From the NCBI GenBank assembly GCA_029240935.1, contig JARDZI010000001.1:1-45882 (forward strand): DNA of 45,882 bases. The letters are read 5' to 3'. Under the pieces are notes generated by a model. The model saw only the letters and a program-made list of their open reading frames with translations. It ran no database searches and was not told where the DNA came from. This document shows, piece by piece, positions 25,454 through 34,312 of this stretch; positions within the stretch are counted from its first letter, which is position 1, and every line of letters starts with the position of its first letter. Both the position numbers and the translations under genes were made by a program. This DNA comes from Clostridiales bacterium (GTDB taxonomy: Bacteria > Bacillota > Clostridia > Clostridiales > Caloramatoraceae).

Positions 25454-26234
25454 ATATCTGCAAATTACTAAAATTACAATGGCAAACAGCCTGGTATATA
25501 TTTGGAATTTTCTCAGCAAAAATGTGTTTTTTATATTTATTATGTTTATTTATATGATGCTCTGGAAAAATATTTATGGACAAAAGGGGAGCAGTGTTGG
25601 TGGATTAACAATTAATCAAATGATATGGTATCTAGTGGTTACAGAGCTTGTTACACTTTCAAGAACTGATGTACACATACAGATAAATGAGGATGTGAAA
25701 AGTGGCAATATTGCATATCTTCTTACAAAACCATATAACTATGTGTTATACTGCTTTTCCTACTTTGTTGGTGAGGTTGGTATAAAGCTTTTAACCAATG
25801 GGGCCATCGGACTTGTAATTGGAATGATATATGCAGGCAGCTTGAAAAACTTTACCTTTACCCACTTGCCATTTATACTCCTATCACTGCTTGTAGGCTG
25901 CAGTATAAATTTCTTTATTTATATGATACTGGCATTAACCTCCTTTTGGTTTGAAGAGAATACACCCTTCTTCTGGATTTATTCCAAGTTGATTTTTACA
26001 TTAGGTGGAATGTTGATGCCAATAGAGCTTTTTCCAATTTGGCTTCAAAAGGTTGCACATTATCTACCCTTTGCATATGTAACCTATGTTCCAGCAAGGC
26101 TTACAGTTGATTTTTCATTTACAAACTTTTATAGGCAATTTTCTATTCAGGTTATATATCTTATTTTATTTTTTACTTTATCTATTGTCTTATACAGGAA
26201 GGGGGCAAGGAATCTAAATGTTAATGGAGGTTAA
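25437..26234 (+). CDS. ABC-2 family transporter permease
   Basis: Six-TM-type hydrophobic protein overlapping the ATPase stop. Start is ambiguous (GTG 25428, TTG 25437 six nt after AGGTG, ATG 25479). The N-terminal RKYLQITK...NFL pattern resembles this permease family. Confidence 0.7.
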   Translation: MKSPRKYLQITKITMANSLVYIWNFLSKNVFFIFIMFIYMMLWKNIYGQKGSSVGGLTINQMIWYLVVTELVTLSRTDVHIQINEDVKSGNIAYLLTKPYNYVLYCFSYFVGEVGIKLLTNGAIGLVIGMIYAGSLKNFTFTHLPFILLSLLVGCSINFFIYMILALTSFWFEENTPFFWIYSKLIFTLGGMLMPIELFPIWLQKVAHYLPFAYVTYVPARLTVDFSFTNFYRQFSIQVIYLILFFTLSIVLYRKGARNLNVNGG

Positions 26235-27015
26235 AAAGAGCTTAAAACTCATGTTCTATTATTTCAAGTTCAATATATCAGCTGCCATGGAATATAGGGT
26301 GAGCTTTTTAGTGCAAACCTTTGGAATGGCATTGAATAATTCTGCATTTATATTTTTCTGGTGGATACTTTTTACCAATGTACCCAGAATAGGAGGCTAT
26401 GGCTTTAAAGAGGAAATGATGCTCTGGGCTCTATCCTCCACAAGCTATGGTATTTGCTTTGTTCTATTTGGTAATGTAAATCAAATTACAAGGATGATAA
26501 TGAATGGAGAGCTTGACACTTATTTGCTCCAGCCAAAGGACCCATTAGTTAATCTGGTTTGCTCAAAAACTATATTATCAGCTCTAGGAGATGCATTGTA
26601 TGGGGTGATTTTGTTTTTTATAATCAATGGATTTAACTTGAAAAAATTTACGCTGTTTCTATTGTTGTGTATTACAGGTGCCCTAATAATTGCATCAATA
26701 CTGATAACCATACATGGGCTTAGCTTTTACACAGGAAATGCAGAGGGCTTTGCACAAATGGTTATAGAATTTATTATAAGCTTTAGCATTTACCCTGAGG
26801 GGATTTTCAATAATGCACTAAAAACTATTCTCTACACTATTCTTCCCGTGGCATTTATTGTGTACATTCCAGCTAAGGTTTTAACCCAGTTTTCTATAGT
26901 TCATTTAGTTAGTATTCTAGGCGTGGCAGTATTGTGGATTATAATTGCTTATACTGTCTTTTACAAGGGATTAAAAAGATATGAATCTGGAAACTTGATA
27001 ATAAGCAAGCTATAA
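26218..27015 (+). CDS. ABC-2 family transporter permease (second subunit)
   Basis: Polytopic protein overlapping the upstream permease by 17 nt. AAMEYRVSFLVQ is the N-terminal pattern shared with paired ABC-2 permeases. Confidence 0.7.
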   Translation: MLMEVKKSLKLMFYYFKFNISAAMEYRVSFLVQTFGMALNNSAFIFFWWILFTNVPRIGGYGFKEEMMLWALSSTSYGICFVLFGNVNQITRMIMNGELDTYLLQPKDPLVNLVCSKTILSALGDALYGVILFFIINGFNLKKFTLFLLLCITGALIIASILITIHGLSFYTGNAEGFAQMVIEFIISFSIYPEGIFNNALKTILYTILPVAFIVYIPAKVLTQFSIVHLVSILGVAVLWIIIAYTVFYKGLKRYESGNLIISKL

Positions 27016-27020
27016 GAAGT

Positions 27021-27065
27021 GGCAGCCATATGACTTATTCAAAAGTAATAAGTCATATGGCTGCC
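27021..27065. repeat. Family-A complete hairpin unit; terminator between convergent ABC-2 permease and SRPBCC genes
   Basis: GGCAGCCATATGACTTATT-CAAAAGT-AATAAGTCATATGGCTGCC, perfect 19-bp arms. Confidence 0.85.
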
Positions 27066-27074
27066 ATTCAAACT

Positions 27075-27506
27075 TTATTTCACTAATGCGGCTCTCAAAT
27101 CAGCATCGTATTCCAAATAGCCCTTTAAACAGGTTAACATATATACCCAGCCTTCTTTGTTATCTAGTAAATCACTTATTAGGTTATCATCATTCTCATT
27201 AAAACCTCCTTCATTTACTTCAATAATTGTACTTGAATTACTCAGCATATTCAGCTTAATCGTAACAGGATGCCCTTCACCATTAGAACCCCAACGGAAA
27301 ACAATTTTCTTATTTTCCTCAATTTCCACTATTTTAATGTCACCCTGTGCATTATATTCAACATAGCTCAATGTAATTGTTTTGCCTTGTTTCCATCTTT
27401 CAGAACTTGATGAAAACCAAAAGTTCCCTATTTTTGAAGGATCAACGATGGCTTCAAACACTTCATTTGCAGGCTTAAATATTTTAATTTTCGTGAGGTT
27501 GTTCAT
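27075..27506 (-). CDS. SRPBCC/AHSA1-family small ligand-binding protein
   Basis: 143 aa. IKIFKPANEVFEAIVDPSKIGNFWF... is the typical Aha1/START-like N-terminus. Confidence 0.6.
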   Translation of the reverse strand: MNNLTKIKIFKPANEVFEAIVDPSKIGNFWFSSSSERWKQGKTITLSYVEYNAQGDIKIVEIEENKKIVFRWGSNGEGHPVTIKLNMLSNSSTIIEVNEGGFNENDDNLISDLLDNKEGWVYMLTCLKGYLEYDADLRAALVK

Positions 27507-27533
27507 AAATAATTTCTCCTTTGATTTGTTTAA

Positions 27534-27565
27534 AAGTCATATGGCTGCCATTTAAATGGCAGCCA
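27534..27565. repeat. Family-A variant unit; hairpin downstream of the nitroreductase gene
   Basis: AAGTCATA followed by the perfect 24-nt palindrome TGGCTGCCATTTAAATGGCAGCCA. Confidence 0.75.
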
Positions 27566-27570
27566 CTGTC

Positions 27571-28092
27571 TTACTTAATTATATTTACATAGTCCTCTTT
27601 TCTTGGAGCTGCTTCTTTTACATCTTCTGCTGGATAGCCAAGGATGCAGGAGCCTACACTCATGTATTCCTCACTTACACCTATTTTCTTTTTTAATTCC
27701 TTGCCCCTTTCAGAATCAAACATTCTGTTTACGCAATTTACCCAGCAGGAGCCAATATTTAAGGATGCTGCAGCTAGGAACATATTTTCTATTGCAAGTG
27801 AGGCATCCTGAACTGGTGCTATATTATCCCTCTTTGCGAATACTAAAACTACTGTTGGAGCATCATAAAAAGGATTCTGGTCTCTACCAACTGCTTCCTT
27901 TGCCAGTGTAACAAGCTCATTCATAACCTCTTTATTTTGAACTACTGTAAAGTGACTTGACTGTTGATTCATAGCACTTGGAGCATATGTACCTGCTTTA
28001 AGTATTATATTTAGCTCTTCCTCAGTAATCTGCTTTGGCTGATAACTACGAACACTTCTTCTGCTTAAAATTGTTTTTATGGTTTCGTTCAA
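27571..28092 (-). CDS. Nitroreductase-family FMN oxidoreductase
   Basis: ILSRRSVRSYQPKQITEEEL plus PSAMNQQ motifs. TTG start 6 nt after GGAGGG. Confidence 0.8.
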   Translation of the reverse strand: MNETIKTILSRRSVRSYQPKQITEEELNIILKAGTYAPSAMNQQSSHFTVVQNKEVMNELVTLAKEAVGRDQNPFYDAPTVVLVFAKRDNIAPVQDASLAIENMFLAAASLNIGSCWVNCVNRMFDSERGKELKKKIGVSEEYMSVGSCILGYPAEDVKEAAPRKEDYVNIIK

Positions 28093-28249
28093 TTTTATCC
28101 CTCCAAATAATATATTTCATATAATATTATAGCTCAATTAAGATAATATTCCAATTTCATAAAAACATATTAAAATTGAAATTTATTGGAGGATTATTGT
28201 TCGTTTTATAGAATAGTAAAAGCATTAGGTTTTAAAAAAGGAGATAGCT

Positions 28250-29212
28250 ATGGACATACTTTTGTATATACTATTGCACAATATTTTGCCAATAATGGTT
28301 ATAATATTATTTGGATTTTTATTAGGCAAGAAATTTAATATGGATATTTTCACAATGACAAAACTGAACTTTTATATATATGTTCCATTTTTCATATTTA
28401 CACAGCTCTATACAACTGAATTACCAAAGGAAATGCTTAAGGTTTTGATATTTGTGGCTTTGTTGGCGGTTGTAAATTCAACCGTTTCTTCTTTGGTTGC
28501 CAGGGCAAGAGGGTATGATGAAGGTTTAAAAAATGCATTTAAAAACTCAATTATGTTTTATAATTCTGGAAATATTGGAATACCACTGATTACACTAGTG
28601 TTTAGCAGTGGCTCTTTTATTGTTGATGGAAAAACACCCTATTTAACATTGGCCCTTACCACACAGGTGGTGGTATTGGTAGTGCAAAACATAACTACTA
28701 ATACAGTAGGTTTTTTCAATGCAGGAAGGGATACAATGAACTGGAAGGAGTCAGTTAAGAGTATTCTGGGTATGCCTACAATATATTGTATAATCCTAGC
28801 TTTTTTGCTTAAGGGTCTGCCCTTTAGACTGGAGAATTTTCCCCTATGGCCTGCAGCTATATACATTAAGGACGGTATGATTTCAATTTCCCTTATAACC
28901 CTTGGGATTCAGCTTGCAAGAACGAAATTTTCATTTAAAAATAAGGAAGTATATATAGCAAATTTCTTAAGGCTTGTTGGCAGCGGTGTATTTGCATTTA
29001 TAATATTAAAGATAATGGGTATTGATGGAATACCTGCACAGGCACTTATGATTTCATCATCTCTTCCTACTGCAGTGAACACAGCGCTAATAGCCATAGA
29101 AAGGGACAACCATCCTGACTTTGCCTCCCAGGCAGTTATGACTGCCACGATTTTCAGTTCGATTACATTGATTTTGGTTATATACATTGCAAAAATATTT
29201 TTCCCGATTTAA
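28250..29212 (+). CDS. AEC (auxin efflux carrier) family transporter
   Basis: 320 aa, about 10 TM helices. Motifs FYNSGNIGIPL and SSLPTAVNTALIA are typical of the AEC family. Confidence 0.7.
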   Translation: MDILLYILLHNILPIMVIILFGFLLGKKFNMDIFTMTKLNFYIYVPFFIFTQLYTTELPKEMLKVLIFVALLAVVNSTVSSLVARARGYDEGLKNAFKNSIMFYNSGNIGIPLITLVFSSGSFIVDGKTPYLTLALTTQVVVLVVQNITTNTVGFFNAGRDTMNWKESVKSILGMPTIYCIILAFLLKGLPFRLENFPLWPAAIYIKDGMISISLITLGIQLARTKFSFKNKEVYIANFLRLVGSGVFAFIILKIMGIDGIPAQALMISSSLPTAVNTALIAIERDNHPDFASQAVMTATIFSSITLILVIYIAKIFFPI

Positions 29213-29218
29213 AGAAGT

Positions 29219-29265
29219 GGCAGCTATATGACTTATATACAAAAGTAATAAGTCATATGGCTGCC
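29219..29265. repeat. Family-A complete hairpin unit; terminator after the AEC transporter gene
   Basis: GGCAGCTATATGACTTAT-ATACAAAAGTA-ATAAGTCATATGGCTGCC followed by ATCCTTTATTTTT. Confidence 0.85.
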
Positions 29266-29385
29266 ATCCTTTATTTTTAAAAAAGTTTGTGCTATAAAAA
29301 TTGGACGAGTATAATATATTATAAGGCAAAAATACTATAATTTAACAGTTATTGCAGATGAAAATAATATATGGAGGTGAATTTT

Positions 29386-30021
29386 ATGTCAGAATCTGCA
29401 AGACAAGCACTTGGAATATTAAGAGATTCATCTTACTTTCAGTGGTACATAATACCTTTATTAATGATAGTAGTATATGTAATTTCTGTTGAAGTTGAAA
29501 GAAAAAACTGGAATGTGATTTTTGGAGGACTTGCATTCTGGGGCATGGATTGGTTTAATGAAATCTGGAATTCTCTTGTCTTCCACTTCACACAGTATGC
29601 TCCCGTATGGGGAGCCCCATCAAATAAAACATCATATCTAATACTAATTGGACTTAATATTGAAATAACATTTATGTTTTTAATTGCTGGTATTGCATTT
29701 GCTAAAATGCTTCCTAAGGACAAGAATATGAAAATACTTGGGATACCTAACCGATGGTTCATGGGAGCTACAAATTGTATTTTATTTGTTATTGTAGAAA
29801 TTATACTAAACAGCATAGGCGTTCTATCATGGGAATACTCATGGTGGCAGGCAAGTTTTCCATTTATACTATTCATTATAGGTTATGTCCCTTTTTTCGC
29901 TGCTTGCTACTGGGTACATGATATGGACAGTATAAAGAAAAAACTTACTTCAGTTGGAATAATATTTGGAGTTGATATTTCAGCTCTGATTATATTTGGT
30001 ACAATACTACACTGGATATAA
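29386..30021 (+). CDS. Hypothetical integral membrane protein
   Basis: About 5 hydrophobic helices and no recognised motif. Start moved to ATG 29386 (8 nt after GGAGG), because ATG 29371 overlaps the RBS. Confidence 0.5.
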   Translation: MSESARQALGILRDSSYFQWYIIPLLMIVVYVISVEVERKNWNVIFGGLAFWGMDWFNEIWNSLVFHFTQYAPVWGAPSNKTSYLILIGLNIEITFMFLIAGIAFAKMLPKDKNMKILGIPNRWFMGATNCILFVIVEIILNSIGVLSWEYSWWQASFPFILFIIGYVPFFAACYWVHDMDSIKKKLTSVGIIFGVDISALIIFGTILHWI

Positions 30022-30026
30022 TGAAA

Positions 30027-30077
30027 GGTGCCAGTCAAGTGACAAATAAAGATGTCACCTGTCATGTGATTAGCACC
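30027..30077. repeat. Family-F hairpin repeat (GGTGCCAG...GTGACAAATAAAGATGTCAC...), copy 1
   Basis: Shares CAAGTGrmAAATAAAGATGTCACyTGTCA with 39801-39857. Has outer GGTGC/GCACC arms and inner GTGACA/TGTCAC arms. Lies just after the membrane-protein gene and has no clean U-tract. Confidence 0.6.
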
Positions 30078-30116
30078 TAAAAAAACTTATAATGAGTTAT
30101 TTTTAGGGGGAATATT

Positions 30117-30788
30117 ATGTTAGTAACATGTATATCAACATCAAACACTAAGCTTATAGGAGACAATAGTACATCAACTAAGGTTTGTAACATGATAGGA
30201 GAAATAATAAAAAAAGATTTTAAGGAAACTATAGAGGTAAAAACAGTTCCTCTTGTTAATTATAATTTTAAACCATGCATACTATGTGGGAGTTGTTCAA
30301 AAACTGGTGCTTGCATTTATGATGAGAATTTTAATGATATTTATTCCCTGATGGGAAAATCTGATGCAATTTTCTTTGTTGTTCCCCACTATTCACCGAT
30401 TCCATCAAAGCTGATTATGATATTTGAGAAGATAAATGAAATAATGTATGCTGGATGGGTAAATAATCCAAACTTTACAGCCCCAATTACTGAGAAAATT
30501 GTTGGGATTATAGGACATGGTGGATGTCCTGAAAACAACAAAATATTAAAGTATTATCATGATAATCTTATAACCCCTGTTGCAAGAACATTAAAGTCAC
30601 TATCCTTTGATGTTATAGGAGTTAGTGAGGAATTTAAATACGGGACAGCATTTGGACTAAAGGATGAAAACTGTTGCAAGAGGGTAGAAGATGCAGTATT
30701 CCCAAGAATCATTCAGGATTGGGAACTCATTGAAAACAGGATTAAACCACTAGTGGAAAATGTTATTGATAAAGTTCTTAGCAAATAG
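30117..30788 (+). CDS. Flavodoxin-fold protein with compact Cys cluster (iron-sulfur flavoprotein, Isf-like)
   Basis: CILCGSCSKTGAC fits the CX2CX2CX4-7C motif of Isf-type flavoproteins. SDAIFFVVPHY is a flavodoxin-like core. Confidence 0.5.
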   Translation: MLVTCISTSNTKLIGDNSTSTKVCNMIGEIIKKDFKETIEVKTVPLVNYNFKPCILCGSCSKTGACIYDENFNDIYSLMGKSDAIFFVVPHYSPIPSKLIMIFEKINEIMYAGWVNNPNFTAPITEKIVGIIGHGGCPENNKILKYYHDNLITPVARTLKSLSFDVIGVSEEFKYGTAFGLKDENCCKRVEDAVFPRIIQDWELIENRIKPLVENVIDKVLSK

Positions 30789-30816
30789 AAAATTTTGTAG
30801 TAAAGAAATATAAAAT

Positions 30817-30885
30817 GAAGAATGGCAGCCCTATTACTTATTACTTATTTTAATAAGTAATAGGTCATATGGCTGCCGTTCTTCA
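30817..30885. repeat. Family-A complete long unit; terminator between convergent Isf-like and lipoprotein genes
   Basis: GAAGAATGGCAGCCCTATTACTTATTACTTATTTT / AATAAGTAATAGGTCATATGGCTGCCGTTCTTC. The left arm lacks ATATGAC and has an extra ACTTATT. Confidence 0.8.
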
Positions 30886-31347
30886 TTATGCCACTGTGAA
30901 TTTTGCAATAGAATATATTGATTCTCCATTTGAATATAGTGTTTTTACAATTCGATAATTACCTTCACCTAATTCACCGTAATTATTCTTTATAGAAAAC
31001 CTATCTTCACGATTATCCTTTGGTGATAATATATATCCTATATCATCCCATGCAACATTCTCCAAGGTTTTAACTGTATACCAAACTCCATCAGCTTCCA
31101 CTTCAAGATGGGGTTCTTGTCCATAAGTATATTCTTTATCAGAAAGATTGTTATATATTAAGGTAATGCTTTCTGCTTTTGTATTTATGGTTTCTTCCTT
31201 TACTGACAGAGTAACCTCTTTACTTTGCTGTGTAGTATCAAAATTGGATTTCTCTAACTTGTTAATGTCTATTTCTTTAGCTGACTTACATGCTGTTAGT
31301 ATACTAAATGCTAGTATTAACATAATAATGGATATAAATTTTTTCAT
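30886..31347 (-). CDS. Hypothetical lipoprotein
   Basis: Signal peptide with lipobox ILTAC. The all-beta-looking C-terminal domain has no recognised function. Confidence 0.55.
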   Translation of the reverse strand: MKKFISIIMLILAFSILTACKSAKEIDINKLEKSNFDTTQQSKEVTLSVKEETINTKAESITLIYNNLSDKEYTYGQEPHLEVEADGVWYTVKTLENVAWDDIGYILSPKDNREDRFSIKNNYGELGEGNYRIVKTLYSNGESIYSIAKFTVA

Positions 31348-31503
31348 ATGATAATCCTCCTTTTAATTATTTGACACTGATGAGATATTTTAGGTTCCAA
31401 ATTAAATCACAAGAAAGCAGTTTTAAACATCTGAAAAGGTGACTGCTACCTTAAAAATGATATAATATAGTTATAAAAAAATGTAACAATGGGGTAATGT
31501 AAT

Positions 31504-32172
31504 ATGAAAAAACTATTTATTATTGAAGATGATAAAAAAATACGAGAGGAGCTTTCGACTTTTCTTTCGAGGAATGGCTATATTTGTGAGGCTCCGAACC
31601 ACTTTGAGAACATAATTCAGGAGGTACTGTCAAAAAAGCCAAACCTGGTGCTTCTTGATATTAACCTTCCAGGATTGGACGGCTATTATTTATGCCGGGA
31701 AATTAGAAAGCATTCAGATGTCCCAATAATAGTGGTCACAAGCAGGAATACAGAAATTGATGAGCTAATGGCCATGAATCTTGGGGCAGATGATTTTATA
31801 ACCAAACCCTATAATACTCATATATTACTTGCCCATATTTCTTCGGTGCTGAAAAGGGCATTAAGGGAAATGCTAAAAGAAAGTATTGATTGTGGAGAGT
31901 TTGTTATAAACCTTTCTCGAAGCACCATTCAATATAGGAATAGAGAATATGAGCTTACTAAAAATGAACTAAAGGTACTAACCTTCCTCTATGAAAATAG
32001 AGGAAATATAGTGAGTCGTGATGATCTTATGACACAGCTTTGGGATAGTGATGTATTTATAGATGACAACACTCTTACTGTCAATATAAACAGACTTCGT
32101 AAAAAGCTTGAGGAAGCAGGACTTGAAGAGGTTATCCAAACAAAAAGAGGACAGGGGTATATGGTAAAATGA
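31504..32172 (+). CDS. OmpR-family response regulator, BceR-like
   Basis: Receiver domain (LVLLDINLPGLDG) plus winged-helix output (LTKNELKVL...RGQGY). Stop overlaps the kinase start (ATGA). Confidence 0.85.
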   Translation: MKKLFIIEDDKKIREELSTFLSRNGYICEAPNHFENIIQEVLSKKPNLVLLDINLPGLDGYYLCREIRKHSDVPIIVVTSRNTEIDELMAMNLGADDFITKPYNTHILLAHISSVLKRALREMLKESIDCGEFVINLSRSTIQYRNREYELTKNELKVLTFLYENRGNIVSRDDLMTQLWDSDVFIDDNTLTVNINRLRKKLEEAGLEEVIQTKRGQGYMVK

Positions 32173-33188
32173 GTATTCATGATTTTTTAATAGAAAAAAT
32201 AGCATACACTATTTCTATGTCTTTGGTGGCTTTTTTAACCATAGGAATTCTGTGGATTTTAAATCCTGTTGGAGGACCGGCTCTCTCAGTATTTATTGGC
32301 AGCTTGTACGTAATAGGTGCAGCAATTCCATTAGTTGTTGAATACTTGGGAAAGAGAGATTTTTATAACAATCTTCTTGGCATATTTGACTCCCTTGACA
32401 GGAAAAATTTGATTGCTGAGATGATTAATCCACCTTCCTTCAAGGAGGGTATTATTTTGTATGAAATAATAAAAAGCTGCAACAAGGCTATGCTTGAGGA
32501 GATTAATAAATATAAATTTATACAGGAGGAATATGTGGAATACATGGAACTATGGGTCCATGAGATAAAAACTCCTATTTCCTCATCAAAATTGATAACC
32601 CAGAATAATAAAGGTCAGGCAATGGACAGTATATCTGATGAGCTCGAAAGGATAGAGGAATATGTTGAACAGGTCCTATTCTACTCAAGAAGCAATAACG
32701 TGGAAAAGGATTATATAGTAAAGGAAGTAAATCTACAAAAGCTTTGTTTTAATGTATTAAGGGAAAACTCAAAGCTCTTTATTAATAATAATATTGGAAT
32801 TCAAACAGAAAACCTGGATGAGAATGTTTTTTCAGATGTCAAGTGGCTCCAGTTCATATTAAGTCAAATACTTACAAACTCAGTTAAATATTCAAATAAG
32901 GAAAGCTCTCTTATAAAAATTACCTCAGCAAAGATGAAAAACAGCATTGTGCTAAACATTGAGGATAATGGTGTTGGGATTAATGATAGTGAGGTCCCAA
33001 GAATATTTGATAAAGGGTTTACAGGAACTAACGGAAGAAAGAATGAAAGGTCCACTGGAATGGGCTTGTATATATGCAAAAGGCTATGTGACAAGCTAGG
33101 TCTTGGAATAAGTGCAGATTCAGAATATGGAGAAGGAACAACAATTAGCATAGTGTTTCCTAAGGGATCTATGACGGATATAAGATAA
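32169..33188 (+). CDS. Intramembrane-sensing histidine kinase, BceS-like
   Basis: Two N-terminal TM helices with almost no extracytoplasmic loop, H-box WVHEIKTPIS, and N/G boxes (LTNSVKYS, DNGVGI, GMGLYI). Confidence 0.85.
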   Translation: MSIHDFLIEKIAYTISMSLVAFLTIGILWILNPVGGPALSVFIGSLYVIGAAIPLVVEYLGKRDFYNNLLGIFDSLDRKNLIAEMINPPSFKEGIILYEIIKSCNKAMLEEINKYKFIQEEYVEYMELWVHEIKTPISSSKLITQNNKGQAMDSISDELERIEEYVEQVLFYSRSNNVEKDYIVKEVNLQKLCFNVLRENSKLFINNNIGIQTENLDENVFSDVKWLQFILSQILTNSVKYSNKESSLIKITSAKMKNSIVLNIEDNGVGINDSEVPRIFDKGFTGTNGRKNERSTGMGLYICKRLCDKLGLGISADSEYGEGTTISIVFPKGSMTDIR

Positions 33189-33245
33189 ATAAGAAACTTA
33201 AACTACTCCTTCATGAGGATTGCAAATTTATTTTTATGAGTCAAT

Positions 33246-33395
33246 CTACTGTAGTGGCAGGCTTCCACGCTTTTATGGGGCACAAATGTATAAGGTATAT
33301 ATTCTACAAATGGTGAGTGGCCAAGCAGTAGGAGGGAGACCTGCCACTACAAATCATGGGTGCCATCAAGAAGGCACAGAAGCTTGCCACTATGG
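33246..33395. repeat. Family-D repeat, copy 2
   Basis: CTACTGTAGTGGCAGGCTTCCACGC (close to the reverse complement of 17639-17660), then GACCTGCCACTACAA and AGCTTGCCACTATGG. Lies between the kinase gene and the bceA-like promoter. Confidence 0.7.
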
Positions 33396-33454
33396 TTGGG
33401 GTTGTGATGGTACATAGAAATCATCAGGTTAACCATGTGGTCCTTATAGAAAGC

Positions 33455-33510
33455 TTACAAATATGTAAGTTTCCTGTAAGCCTAAATTATGGCAGTAGTA
33501 AAACTATAAT
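33455..33510 (+). promoter_or_regulatory. Bce-type target promoter: BceR-like box TTACA-N4-TGTAA plus TATAAT -10
   Basis: Perfect inverted repeat CTTACAAATATGTAAG (33454-33469) lies about 36 nt upstream of TATAAT (33505-33510) and about 80 nt upstream of the bceA-like ATG. It fits the TNACA-N4-TGTAA consensus I recall for BceR-like regulators. Confidence 0.5.
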
Positions 33511-33547
33511 AGTAAAATGAAGCCATCACAAGATGGAGGTTTTAAAA

Positions 33548-34312
33548 ATGGAGATATTACAGGCTTTAAATGTTGAAAAATATTATGGAAATAGGAGCAA
33601 TCTTACAAAGGCCCTTAATAATGTAAGCTTCAAAGTAGATGAAGGGGAATTTGTAGGTATAATGGGTGCATCAGGAAGTGGAAAGACTACACTTCTTAAC
33701 TGCATATCCACAATCGATACTGTCACAAGTGGAAATATACATATAAGAGGTAAGGATATAACTGCAATGAAGAGCAGAATGTTGGCAAGGTTCAGAAGAG
33801 AGGAGCTTGGCTTTGTATTTCAGGATTTTAATCTTCTTGATACTCTAACAGGGCTTGAAAATATTATACTTCCCTTAAGCATTTCTGGAGTTAATTCTAA
33901 AGAAGCTGAAAAAAGAGTTGGGGAAGTTGCAGAAAAGCTGGAAATAGGGGATGTGCTTAAAAAATATCCATATGAGATGTCCGGAGGACAGAGGCAAAGG
34001 GTTGCTGCAGCAAGGGCGATTATTACAAATCCAGCAATGGTACTTGCAGATGAGCCAACTGGGGCACTTGATTCAAAGTCAGCACGTACACTCCTTGAGA
34101 GCCTTGAAAATTTAAATAAAAACCTGAATGCAACTATTCTGATGGTAACACATGATGCCTTTACAGCAAGCTACTGCAACAGAATACTTTTCATTAAGGA
34201 CGGCAGACTCTTTAATGAGCTTATAAAAGGCAGCGATACCAGGAAGGTTTTCTTTAATAGGATTATAGATGTTGTAACCCTTCTTGGAGGTGACATGGGA
34301 AATGTACTTTAA
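33548..34312 (+). CDS. BceA-type (MacB-family) ABC transporter ATP-binding protein
   Basis: Walker A GASGSGKTT, signature MSGGQRQRVAAARAI, Walker B VLADEPTGALD. ATG 33548 is 8 nt after GGAGG. Confidence 0.88.
   Translation: MEILQALNVEKYYGNRSNLTKALNNVSFKVDEGEFVGIMGASGSGKTTLLNCISTIDTVTSGNIHIRGKDITAMKSRMLARFRREELGFVFQDFNLLDTLTGLENIILPLSISGVNSKEAEKRVGEVAEKLEIGDVLKKYPYEMSGGQRQRVAAARAIITNPAMVLADEPTGALDSKSARTLLESLENLNKNLNATILMVTHDAFTASYCNRILFIKDGRLFNELIKGSDTRKVFFNRIIDVVTLLGGDMGNVL

Noticed and set aside
27016-31400. Integron-like cassette array (small unrelated genes each bounded by the same imperfect palindrome)
   Set aside because: - No intI integrase or attI is present.
- The genes are in mixed orientation, each with its own RBS and likely its own promoter.
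- The palindromes lack the RYYYAAC / GTTRRRY attC core sites.
- A REP-like terminator explanation is simpler.
33220-33417. ORF 33220..33417 (plus, 65 aa) between the kinase and the bceA-like gene
   Set aside because: It is composed of family-D repeat sequence, has no RBS and has an odd composition. The region is better explained as repeat plus promoter.
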